Shown piece by piece: positions 56,401 through 64,000 of a stretch of 64,000 nucleotides of DNA. The DNA comes from Lytechinus pictus (taxonomy: Eukaryota), in the NCBI RefSeq assembly GCF_037042905.1, contig NC_087252.1, positions 26,538,001 through 26,602,000 on the forward strand, in the 5' to 3' direction. Below the pieces are notes generated by a model. It did not search any database and was not told where the DNA came from. It saw only the letters and a program-made list of their open reading frames with translations. The first letter of the stretch is position 1, and every line of letters begins with the position of its first letter. Made by a program: the position numbers and the translations under genes.

Positions 56401-59400
56401 CTCTTGACCCAGAGCGACCTACCTCTTCCTCCCCTACCCCGCGGGCCACCTCGCCCTCTTGGTCCACCTCGACCACCAAATCCTGAAAAGGTTATTAGAA
56501 AAGAAAAGAGAGAGATCGGTTAGGATTTAGAAGTGGATGTAGTGAGTGAACAAGAAACAATGACAATAAGACAAGAGTTTTAAAGTGATTGGTTAACATT
56601 GGTTTGACTTTTTAAAAATCTGAGCTAGAAGGTCACACTTGTCACCTGTGTCTGTGATATGTTACAAAAATGAAGCCCAGAAAAAAATTGCGTTCGAAAA
56701 TAATTATTTAGTGCTTCAAAAATTGAAATATAAAGTGACCGGAAACACCATCTTAATTTCATCCCATACACTTGTGTGTACTATTTACAAAATCGGGGTT
56801 TGCCTTGTAGTTTTAGCTTTTCATTCTCAATAATGGCTGTTTTCAGGGTTTATTAGTTCTAATACATGCACTTGTACACATGTTTCATCTTGGTTTGAGA
56901 ATTTTTTTAATCGGCTGCTCACAAAGTTAAACAATACCTTTAAAGACACAGCTTTGTGATAAATTACAATTAATTTTTGTGATTGAATGTACATTGTGTC
57001 CAATGTAATCAATCAAGAAATTTTGCTCTTTGCTGTTACCATATCCATTGATGTAATATTCATATTTGCTTTAATGCATGAAAATGATAAATGAAAAAAA
57101 AAAAATGTTTTTTCCAATTTGAGGAGCGGAAAATCAGATTTCCGGTAACTTTGACCTTCTGAAAGCTGTCTTCTTCTATATAAAATACACGAGTCTACAT
57201 GTAGATCTGTACTGACCGCAGAGAAACGTTGTTCGTGCTAACAGAGGCCGTTACAATCAGTATTAAATGTCACAACGATACATTATGTTACAACAGGTTA
57301 TTTACATCTTAGATCAACTATTGACAGCACAATCCGAAAGATGTGACATAATGTGACTGGTCTTACTGTTGGCACTCTGTTAGGCTAATAATGTTTTTGT
57401 GCGGCCAGTACAGGACGTTAGTAGATGAGTTTAGGTTTTTCCAGGTAATTAACTACTAACAACCAGATCTAGTACTGGGCGTTAGTAGACGAGTTTAGGT
57501 TTTTCCAGGTAATTAACTACTAATGACCATTTCTAGACTAAGTTCCCACCTGGCTCAGGTTATTAACAATATTCTCAACAGGATACATCAGTTCAAAGTG
57601 AAGAAATTGTTTTGTTCATCATTGCCAGGTGGAAAAAACTGTGATGCAGTAAAAAAATAAAAATAAAAACAAATAAAACTACACCCAAAACAGAACAAAG
57701 TTGGTTTTCAAAGTGGGTTGAAAATATTCACCTCCTCTGCCGCCACCTCCTCCACCGAATCCCCCTCGTCCTCCACCGAATCCCCCTCGTCCTCCGCCAA
57801 AGCCCCCTCGGCCGCGCCCTCCTCGATCTCCTCCACCTCCCCGGAAGCTACCTCTTGGTGAGAATCCTGTCAAAGTAAAGGTATCAATAGATTAAAGCCA
57901 ATACGAACCACTATCCTCATATAGCAGCACCACCTCAAGTCATCAACTATTCGAATCTGGCCAAGATTCCTAGCCCACAATGCGACACTCTGGGGGGCGG
58001 CTGGCCACTTACATCGAAGAGTGGATACCATGCGCGACCAAAGACACATGTAAAAAGGATGTCTTTTTCAAGATAGGGCACGTTACGTAAAAATGAAAAA
58101 AGGTTATCTATTTCGCTAGGAAAGCTACGTGTTTAGGGTCAAATTTGGGAGGGCCACTCGTCAATGGAAGTGGCCCCCCAGGGGGACTGTGACATTTGCA
58201 AACAATTAGTGGTAGGGAAATTTGCTTGAAGTTGGCCAGTGTAAAACTGATGGGCGCTAATGCAGTTTTGCACCGGCAGACTTCGATATTCCCCACAATA
58301 AATTGTTCACAAATGTCAAAGCAAGTCCCTCAAACACATTTCAAGTTCAATATGCCCAGCGCTTTTACAAATGTGGCGACATTATCGTTCAAATTCTCAA
58401 ACATCGCTTCGCTCGGCTTTGCGGCAATTTACTGAAGTTAGTGACCAAATCATGTGAACTTCCGCAGGACTAAAGTTAGTGACCAAATCATGCGAACAAA
58501 CTTCCGCAGGCGAATCTTTTGGTCGCAAACTTCAGTCTAATATAAAAATTACGGCAAAGAAAGCGATGTCTGACTTAGACCAAAAGCTTCGGTATCTGTT
58601 TTATTGGTTGTTCCGCTGAACTCTGTTGGCTCCACTCTCCAATTACAGAGACCGAAGTTCTTACTCAATCTGTACAGGGACTCAATGGCCATATGTTTAT
58701 GTATTGAGTTTGGATAAACCAGGGAAGTGGGAGTTGCGCGACAGCCAAGTCAGTCACTGTTTTTTCCCCCCTTATAAGTTAGTTTTTTCCTGTTTTGGTG
58801 CATTTCAGGCCAAAACGGAGTAATCTCTATTTTGGCCCAGTTCTTTTTATATAACTTTATGAAATAAAGACAAAAATCGATGAGCCCCGTCGGGGGATTT
58901 TGCATTGTCTACCCCCTAATGGCGGCTGCACGATCGCGAGCCGTCTGTGTACAAGCAGTTAAAAAAAATTTAAAATGTTAAAAAACTCCTCGACCTCGAA
59001 ACAGACGGCTGCCCCTGTCTATGACTATGTCTGTATGTCCGAGTATTCAAAAGATAACGAGATTGGGGCGAAATACAGCCGTTCCCGATATTTGGAAAGG
59101 CAGTGGGCATTTGTTTATTATAGGCCTAATTTCTGGTGGGGAAATTAACTTGAACTTGAAGTTGAACTAGTACAGTAGAGGCGCACGGCCAATATGGGAG
59201 ACTCTCTCCAATAGGGGAGACAATCTCCCACATTGGAGACTTGCTTTGCAAAAGGACAAAAGAAACAACACCAACAAAAGCATGATTTTTTCCACCCAAA
59301 ATTTTGTCTCACTGAGGTCAGAAGCCCATTTGTTTTGTGTGTGATTGACAACAAAAATCCTTATCAAAACAAAAGTAGACGGTGAATTTTTAAAGTAGAC

Positions 59401-59984
59401 GGTGAAAAGGGGTAATTTTTCATGAGGAATCTGCATAGGGGCCTATCACATTTTTATTTGCCGCCAAGTTAATCCTTTTGCAGCAAATGTAAACAAAGGA
59501 AATTGGACTCCAAAACTGGAGACTGTCTCTGAAATTGGATACCCAAATTCTTTACAAAAGTCTCTGATATTGGAGATAATCTCCCACATTGGAGACAGTC
59601 TCCAATAAGTCGGCCGGTGCGAAACTGCATTATTAGCAGTTTAGCACCGTGCCGATTTTGCCCTTTTCAGAATAATATGGACCTGTAAATTATACGCAAT
59701 GTTCATTATGTTCTAGGTGTTGAGGATTATATGATGTATTACTTATGACAAATAAAGAGCTTTCTAAATTATTGTCCTATTTTATACAATACAGTGCCAA
59801 CAGAAATTTCAACAAATGGGACTGAGTGATGTCAAGCAATATCACTTCACATGTTGGCAAATTAACTTGTTTTCTGCCTTTCACAAGTCTACATGAATAA
59901 AATTCATTCTACACGAAGCTTTCTGGTGTTTGTTCATTAGGAAGGAATAAATAATGATCAGTGATATTTACCTGGTCTGCCCAT
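47414..59984 (-). CDS. FBL: Fibrillarin (rRNA 2'-O-methyltransferase), complete 10-exon gene, 315 aa
   Basis: Manual splicing of exons of 13+135+60+60+95+171+133+113+146+22 = 948 nt gives an open frame. It reads MGRPGFSPRG-(RGG/GAR)[37 protein letters not shown]...[19 protein letters not shown]...[17 protein letters not shown]...[21 protein letters not shown]. All introns are GT-AG with matching phases. Confidence 0.98.
47529..47791. mobile_element. PIF/Harbinger-like MITE, same family (FBL intron 9)
   Basis: TIRs GGCCCCGTCTTACAAAGAGTT...AACTCTTTGTAAGACGGGGCC. Confidence 0.85.
48234..48379 (-). CDS. FBL: FBL exon 9
   Basis: catcag|GCCAAC...TACAG|gtaagc; encodes [48 protein letters not shown]. 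Confidence 0.97.
48550..48875 (-). mobile_element. L2/CR1-group LINE 3' fragment inserted in a decayed MITE (48493-49089)
   Basis: The minus strand encodes ...[45 protein letters not shown], with one frameshift and an upstream stop. This is the typical L2-clade ORF2 C-terminus, followed by a short 3'UTR and an ATT-rich tail. Confidence 0.85.
49229..50180. mobile_element. Helentron/HINE-like (DINE-1/Pearl-type) non-autonomous element with an internal ~120-bp tandem array
   Basis: Subterminal inverted repeats GTCTCACCTGCAT / ATGCAGGTGAGAC, a 3' stem-loop, A-rich insertion flanks and internal GACCTTTGACCTT tandem units. Decayed relatives lie at ~41750-42238 and ~1-260. Confidence 0.75.
51148..51260 (-). 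CDS. FBL: FBL exon 8
   Basis: ttatag|GTATGG...ATTAAG|gtcagt; encodes [38 protein letters not shown]. Confidence 0.97.
51299..51688. mobile_element. Kolobok-like element, same family as 1892 (FBL intron 7)
   Basis: Colinear similarity to 1892-2286; TTAA at the right end. Confidence 0.7.
52116..52248 (-). CDS. FBL: FBL exon 7
   Basis: tttcag|GAGGGG...TTGGTCG|gtacgt; encodes [44 protein letters not shown]. Confidence 0.97.
52335..52797. repeat. (CAT/CAC)n microsatellite filling most of FBL intron 6
   Basis: Triplet repeats between the exon 6 donor and the exon 7 acceptor. Confidence 0.95.
52809..52979 (-). CDS. FBL: FBL exon 6 (SAM-binding motif)
   Basis: taatag|GAGGGAGAG...GGACCG|gtaagg; encodes [57 protein letters not shown]. 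Confidence 0.97.
52987..53570. mobile_element. Kolobok-like element, same family, abutting the FBL exon 6 acceptor and split by a MITE
   Basis: ttaa|AGGTAAATGAAAGTAGTTGCAG...; matches 1892-2286 on both sides of the 53227 MITE. Confidence 0.75.
53227..53503. mobile_element. PIF/Harbinger-like MITE, same family, nested in a Kolobok-like element
   Basis: CTG TSD on both sides; opposite orientation to the 3660 copy. Confidence 0.85.
53806..53900 (-). CDS. FBL: FBL exon 5
   Basis: tttcag|GTGTGTTT...ATTGAG|gtaagt; encodes [32 protein letters not shown]. Confidence 0.97.
54476..54563 (-). ncRNA. SNORD37: Box C/D snoRNA, SNORD37/U37-like, copy 2 (FBL intron 4)
   Basis: Sense strand: GTTATTGGCG-ATGATGA (C)-ACAAAAACAATTTCTTCACTTTGAT-CCGA (D')...TGTTGA...CTGA (D)-GCCGTAAC. 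The core guide is the same as in copy 1; the terminal stem is imperfect. Confidence 0.88.
55341..55400 (-). CDS. FBL: FBL exon 4
   Basis: ctacag|GTGGTCGC...CTTCAAG|gtattt; encodes [20 protein letters not shown]. Confidence 0.95.
56039..56287. mobile_element. PIF/Harbinger-like MITE, same family (FBL intron 3)
   Basis: CTG TSD; small internal deletion near the left TIR. Confidence 0.8.
56423..56482 (-). CDS. FBL: FBL exon 3 (GAR domain)
   Basis: cttttcag|GATTTGGTGGTCGA...GGAAGAG|gtaggt; encodes [20 protein letters not shown]. Confidence 0.9.
56584..56939. mobile_element. TTAA-flanked Kolobok-like element (FBL intron 2)
   Basis: ttaa|AGTGATTGGTTAAC...GTTAAACAATACCT|ttaa; a related 3' part lies at ~50520-50855. 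Confidence 0.7.
57546..57632 (-). ncRNA. SNORD37: Box C/D snoRNA, SNORD37/U37-like, copy 1 (FBL intron 2)
   Basis: Sense strand: CCACCTGGC-A-ATGATGA (C) ...AATTTCTTCACTTTGAA-CTGA (D')...TGTTGA (C'-like)...CTGA (D)-GCCAGGTGG. It has a 9-bp perfect terminal stem. The guide is complementary to the conserved 28S rRNA segment UCAAAGUGAAGAAAUU and, from recall, matches the U37 D' guide. Confidence 0.9.
57732..57866 (-). CDS. FBL: FBL exon 2 (GAR domain)
   Basis: ttgacag|GATTCTCACCAAGA...GGCAGAGGAG|gtgaat; encodes [25 protein letters not shown]... Confidence 0.95.
59972..59984 (-). CDS. FBL: FBL exon 1, coding part (MGRP-G)
   Basis: ATGGGCAGACCAG|gtaaat; the phase 1 donor joins exon 2 to give MGRPGFSPRG, resembling vertebrate MKPGFSPRG. 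Confidence 0.88.
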
Positions 59985-60120
59985 ATTTATCGTGTTTCTG
60001 ACTTTCTGTTCGGTTCTCCACACGTGTTCGTCTGAAATCCAAGCAACTTACAACACGCGTGGACGCTGTTGCAATTATAACAGAAGAGGGAGGCAGACTA
60101 GTTGAGTTGAGAAAGCGAGC
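59985..60120 (-). promoter_or_regulatory. FBL 5'UTR/core promoter with pyrimidine-rich (TCT/TOP-like) start candidates and E-boxes
   Basis: Sense CTTTCTC (60109-60115) and CCTCCCTCTTCT (~60082-60093) lie upstream of CACGCGTG (60054-60061) and CACGTG (60021-60026), just 5' of the ATG. Confidence 0.6.
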
Positions 60121-60134
60121 CAGCATCGTGCACA

Positions 60135-60222
60135 CGGGTTGTGTGGTCTAGTTGTCAGAACATGAACTCACGATCGTAAGGTTATGAGTTCAAATCCCCG
60201 CTCTGCCATTGTCTCCACTTTT
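60135..60222 (+). mobile_element. tRNA-derived SINE head, followed by a TIR element
   Basis: TGGTCTAGTTG (A box-like) and GAGTTCAAATCC (B box), then TGCCATTGTCTCC. A weaker similar head lies at ~33106-33180. Confidence 0.6.
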
Positions 60223-60835
60223 CCCATTCCACAGAGGAGAGACCTTTGAAGGACATTTGAAAGACCAAAAATTGACTAGGTCTTACAGCAGTCTCCAAGA
60301 TCACTGAAATTTGTCATCTCTGTGGAATGCTCAAAGAACTTTGAAAGACTGATGGATATTTCTTGTCTTACTGGTCTTAGACTAGTCCTATATAGAGATC
60401 TTTCAATGGTCTTTCAGTGATCTTTTATGCAACAAGTGATCTTTCAAAATTCTTTCCATGGACTTTGCCTGGTCTTTCAATGATCTTTCAATGATCTCTC
60501 ACGAGTCTTACAGTGATCTCCGCAAAAATCTTGAGAGACTGTCGAAAGAGCATGGAAAGACTTATAAGAACTTTAAACGTTCATCGAAAGACCACTGAAG
60601 GACTGCTGAAAGACCATCAAAAGACCATTTTCCTGTAAGACCGCCGAAAGACTGTTTTGAACCGTTTCAAAAAGATATGGAGATCATGGAGACCATAAGG
60701 ACCACTGAAAGATCCATCAGGAATCGTGAAAGACCTCAGAGATCTTTGAAAGTTCACTGAAAGACCTTTGAAAGATCAAGCAAGTTTCATGGTCTTACAG
60801 CAGTCTTTCAGAGGTCTTGCTCTCTGTGGAATGGG
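60223..60835. mobile_element. TIR element with many GAAAGAC subterminal repeats
   Basis: CCCATTCCACAGAG...CTCTGTGGAATGGG, ~100 bp upstream of the FBL promoter. Confidence 0.8.
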
Positions 60836-60872
60836 GGTTAAAAGACCCGAGAGCAATTTCTGTCGTTTTTAA

Positions 60873-61480
60873 AGGAAATTAAAACATTTGGAACAAGATA
60901 GCTTGTGTGAAAACAGAAAAATCAGCTAGAGAAACAGACCAATGAAAGTTTGAAAAAAAAATCGGATGAATAATGAGAAAGTTATGAGCATTTGAATATT
61001 GCGATCACTAATTCTGTGGAGATCCCCCCGATTGGCAATGCGACAAAGATGGTGAGATAACAATTTTGAACAACTCTCCCAGTACTTTTGTACTATTTCC
61101 TGTATATTTCACTTAAACTGTCTCTTTTATCCCATCTATCAGTATAGATCATGTGTTCTTTCTATAGGAGGGCATGATTGGAATACAAATTTTCAAAGAA
61201 TACATTATGGATAAAGAATTTGTATCACCATAAGAAAGAGCAAAAAGAGAAATTTTTGGGGTATTTTATAGTCCATCAAAGGGAAAGTTGTTCACATGTG
61301 ACATCACACATCTTTGTCGCATTGCCAATGGGAGGATCTCCATAGCATTAGTGATCGCAATATTGAAATGCTCATAACTTTCTCAGTATTTGTCCGATTT
61401 TTCTCAATTTTTCTTTGTTCTTATTCTTTGATTGTTCTGTTTCCACACAAGTTTACATGTTCCAAAGGTCTCATTCCCCT
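60873..61480. mobile_element. TTAA-flanked Kolobok-like element with long imperfect TIRs
   Basis: ttaa|AGGAAATT...TTTGGAACA ... TGTTCCAAAGG...ATTCCCCT|ttaa, with extensive internal inverted similarity. Confidence 0.8.
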
Positions 61481-61618
61481 TTAAGGTCAGCCACTGATCC
61501 TGACTTACTGAGATGTGAGATATTTCCTATATGTGAAAGAAACCGGAGCTTGGCGTTTGAACCCCCCTTTGAACGGTCCTGCCTCAGGGGCCTATACGGG
61601 GAATTATACCATCCGGTT

Positions 61619-61872
61619 CACTGGCGGATCCAGGAGGCGCACAGCCGACCCGACGTGCCCTCCCCCCTTTTGAGAGGCACAATTAAAATATGTAATGTAA
61701 AATTGCCGTTAAAACAGAAGTGTGCCCCCTTTTTTTATACTTGTCAATTTTTTCGTGTTTAATTTTTGGTTGAAAACCTTTTATTTATTTATTTAAAAAC
61801 ATTTTTGCTTGTTAATTTTTCCTCGGAAAAATGTGCCCCCTCTTTTGGAAAATTCTGGATACCCATCACCTG
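61619..61872. mobile_element. hAT-like MITE
   Basis: Starts CACTGGCGGATCCAG with a perfect 8-bp TSD ATCCGGTT. Relatives lie at 38045-38269 (CAGGGGCGGATCC TIRs) and from ~63852 to the window end. Confidence 0.75.
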
Positions 61873-62540
61873 ATCCGGTTAACGTAACTATGAATAAAGA
61901 AAATCCTTTGAGACCTTCACATATTAGTAGGCCTACATGAGGGAAAAAGATGTCAATATATTTATAATACTACTTGGTAAAACAGAATGTATCGAGATCG
62001 ATATTTAGATGACGCTCAAAATATCAAAATGCAGAAATACCATCATGATATTTCGTTTTACTTCAGATATTGGTTTAAGATATTTTCAGTATTAGATAGT
62101 AAATAGAATATTATTTTTGACTAAACAATTGTATAAGATTGCTGAAAACGAAAAAAATCATTGAGGAGTTTTAAGATATTGTACATTTTTATGAATGTAA
62201 AATTAGGAAGGAAACAGCAAATTTGATAAATGAAGGTTCTCAGGTGCATGTCAAGTTGTCATTTTTTCAAGCAATTTGCTGGAAATGGCAATTCTTCTCC
62301 TGCAAATTGTAAATGTTAAAATTCTTTGGTAATACATATTTGTTTAGAATGACATTATATTCATTCATTTTTTTCGTTACGATTCTTACCAAAATATGTT
62401 ATGTAATAAAAAAATATATACCAATACGAATTTTATAAATTCAGAATAAAACAACAAATCAAATCAAAGTAGAGTTTATTAATGTAATTTTTGGTTTCGA
62501 CGTGAAAAAAAAAGATGCATTATTGTTTGATATGCATAAT

Positions 62541-63200
62541 TAAACAGCATTTATTTCTACAAAAGTTAAATAGTTAAACAAAACTTTTTTTGAATATGTA
62601 AAGAAAAAAATTATTCAGTATCATGAAGGTAAGAAATGTAGGCCTTAATTATTTCTAGATTGATCTTACTTCAGTAATAATGATTAATATCAAACAACAT
62701 TTATTTCAACAAAAGTTAAATAGTAAATCAAATCTTTGTTTGAATGTGTAAAGAAAAGATTATTCAGTACCATTAAGGTAAGAAATATAGGCCTTAATTA
62801 GTTCCAGATTGATCTTATTTCATTCTTTATCTATTGATAATAATTATTATTAAACAACATTTATTTCCTCAAAAGTTAAATAGTAAATCAAATCTTTGTT
62901 TGAATGTGTAAAGAAAATATTATTCAATATCATGAAGGTAAGAAATATAGGCCTTAATTAGATCTAGATTGATCTTACTTCATTCTTTATTTAATAATAA
63001 TAATTTATATTAAACAAAATTTATTTCTACAAAAGTTTTGTTTGAATATGTAAAGAAAAGGTTATTCAGCATCATTAAGATAAGAGATATATATAGGCCT
63101 TAATTAGTTCTAGATTGATCTTAACCCAGAGAGCTCCCGCCCGCACAGCGGGCGGGAGCTCTCTGGGTTAGATTGATCTTACTTCATTCTTTATTTACTT
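62541..63200. repeat. AT-rich tandem repeat, about four units of 150-160 bp
   Basis: Units start at ~62541, 62691, 62851 and 63011 (AAACARCATTTATTTC..CAAAAGTT). Confidence 0.85.
63122..63170. mobile_element. 49-bp perfect hairpin insertion with 9-bp TSD
   Basis: 23-bp arms and a 3-nt loop, flanked by the direct repeat GATTGATCT (63113-63121 and 63171-63179). Confidence 0.85.
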
Positions 63201-64000
63201 GAGAGAAATGTGAAGTGTTGTAATTTCACTTGTGTACATGTTATTTTTTTAATCATAAAGCCTTTGGAGGATTCAAAAATATATTAAAACAATTTTGACA
63301 CATTTCTGGATTTTAGAGGGGGGGGGGGGGGGGGCTAAGCAGGGAGGGGGTGTGAATCGAGGTTATTCTATTATTGTTCCTGTTACTTTTCTGTTTTTGT
63401 GTAACCAACTCAACATGATTTTGAACTGTAGCTGGCGCTATACCACTTTCGGAATTAGAGACAGTAAAATCGATAAGGGTTATTCATTTGATATATATTT
63501 GATAAATACATTGGCTATTGTAAATATACTATCATACTATAATATTTTATTTATTTGTTACTACGTAAATGAAATTATTATGTTATGATGCAGATTTCAA
63601 AACAGTCAAACTCATTAATATAATGTTTCTAACCTGAGATGGCGCTATACACCGTCCGTCTTCCGACCCCCAATATTGTCTGCATTTTTATTCCTCTTTC
63701 AAGAAGAAAAATAAAAATTGAGAGTTCATAATTCTGACTTTGAAGTTCTTATATTGCTTTATTCAAAGATGATATTGACATTTTCTTCATAATGCGAGCT
63801 GGAAGCAAGAGCTGAATTTTTCTTTTATTTATGGAAACGGATCATTTTCACCAGTGGCGGATCCAGCTTTCGTCAATGGGGGATGGGCAGAAAAAAAAAT
63901 TAATCCACATTCCCGATCGGCTGAAAACAGCTGTTTTTTTTTTTTTTTTTTTTTTTTTTTTGGGGGGGGGGGGGCAGTCTTAATCTCTGAAGTTTGAAGT

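Noticed and set aside
57280..57354. miRNA or H/ACA precursor hairpin in FBL intron 2
   Set aside because: The outer and inner pairings compete for the same arm, a G-T pair becomes A-C on the sense strand, and there are no H/ACA boxes or known seed.
57410..57530. Two ~65-bp direct repeats near snoRNA copy 1
   Set aside because: This is a simple local tandem duplication with no structural or motif signal.
57559..57575. Second (D-box) rRNA guide in the snoRNAs
   Set aside because: Only ~8 nt of possible 18S complementarity, and it is not conserved between the two copies.

Overview
AT-rich eukaryotic genomic DNA, dense in introns and MITEs. The repeat landscape suggests an echinoderm, probably a sea urchin (inference). 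The only complete gene is a minus-strand, 10-exon fibrillarin (FBL): CDS 59984->47414, 948 nt, 315 aa, all introns GT-AG with consistent phases. Introns 2 and 4 each hold a box C/D snoRNA with the SNORD37/U37-type 28S guide. Each snoRNA is followed closely by a cryptic splice donor whose use would add a premature stop, which makes it a candidate autoregulatory switch like NOP56/SNORD86. The left ~35 kb looks like the 5' end and large introns of a second minus-strand gene. It has a CpG-rich promoter with E2F and CHR motifs near 35.5 kb, several candidate alternative first exons and TAATCC clusters. No recognisable conserved coding exon of it lies in the window; DYRK1 is a guess from human synteny only. 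The remainder is Harbinger-, hAT-, Kolobok-, Tc1- and Helentron-like non-autonomous elements (often nested), tRNA-derived SINEs, an L2-like fragment, microsatellites and a 49-bp hairpin insertion with a 9-bp TSD. Almost all ORFs in the supplied track are spurious.
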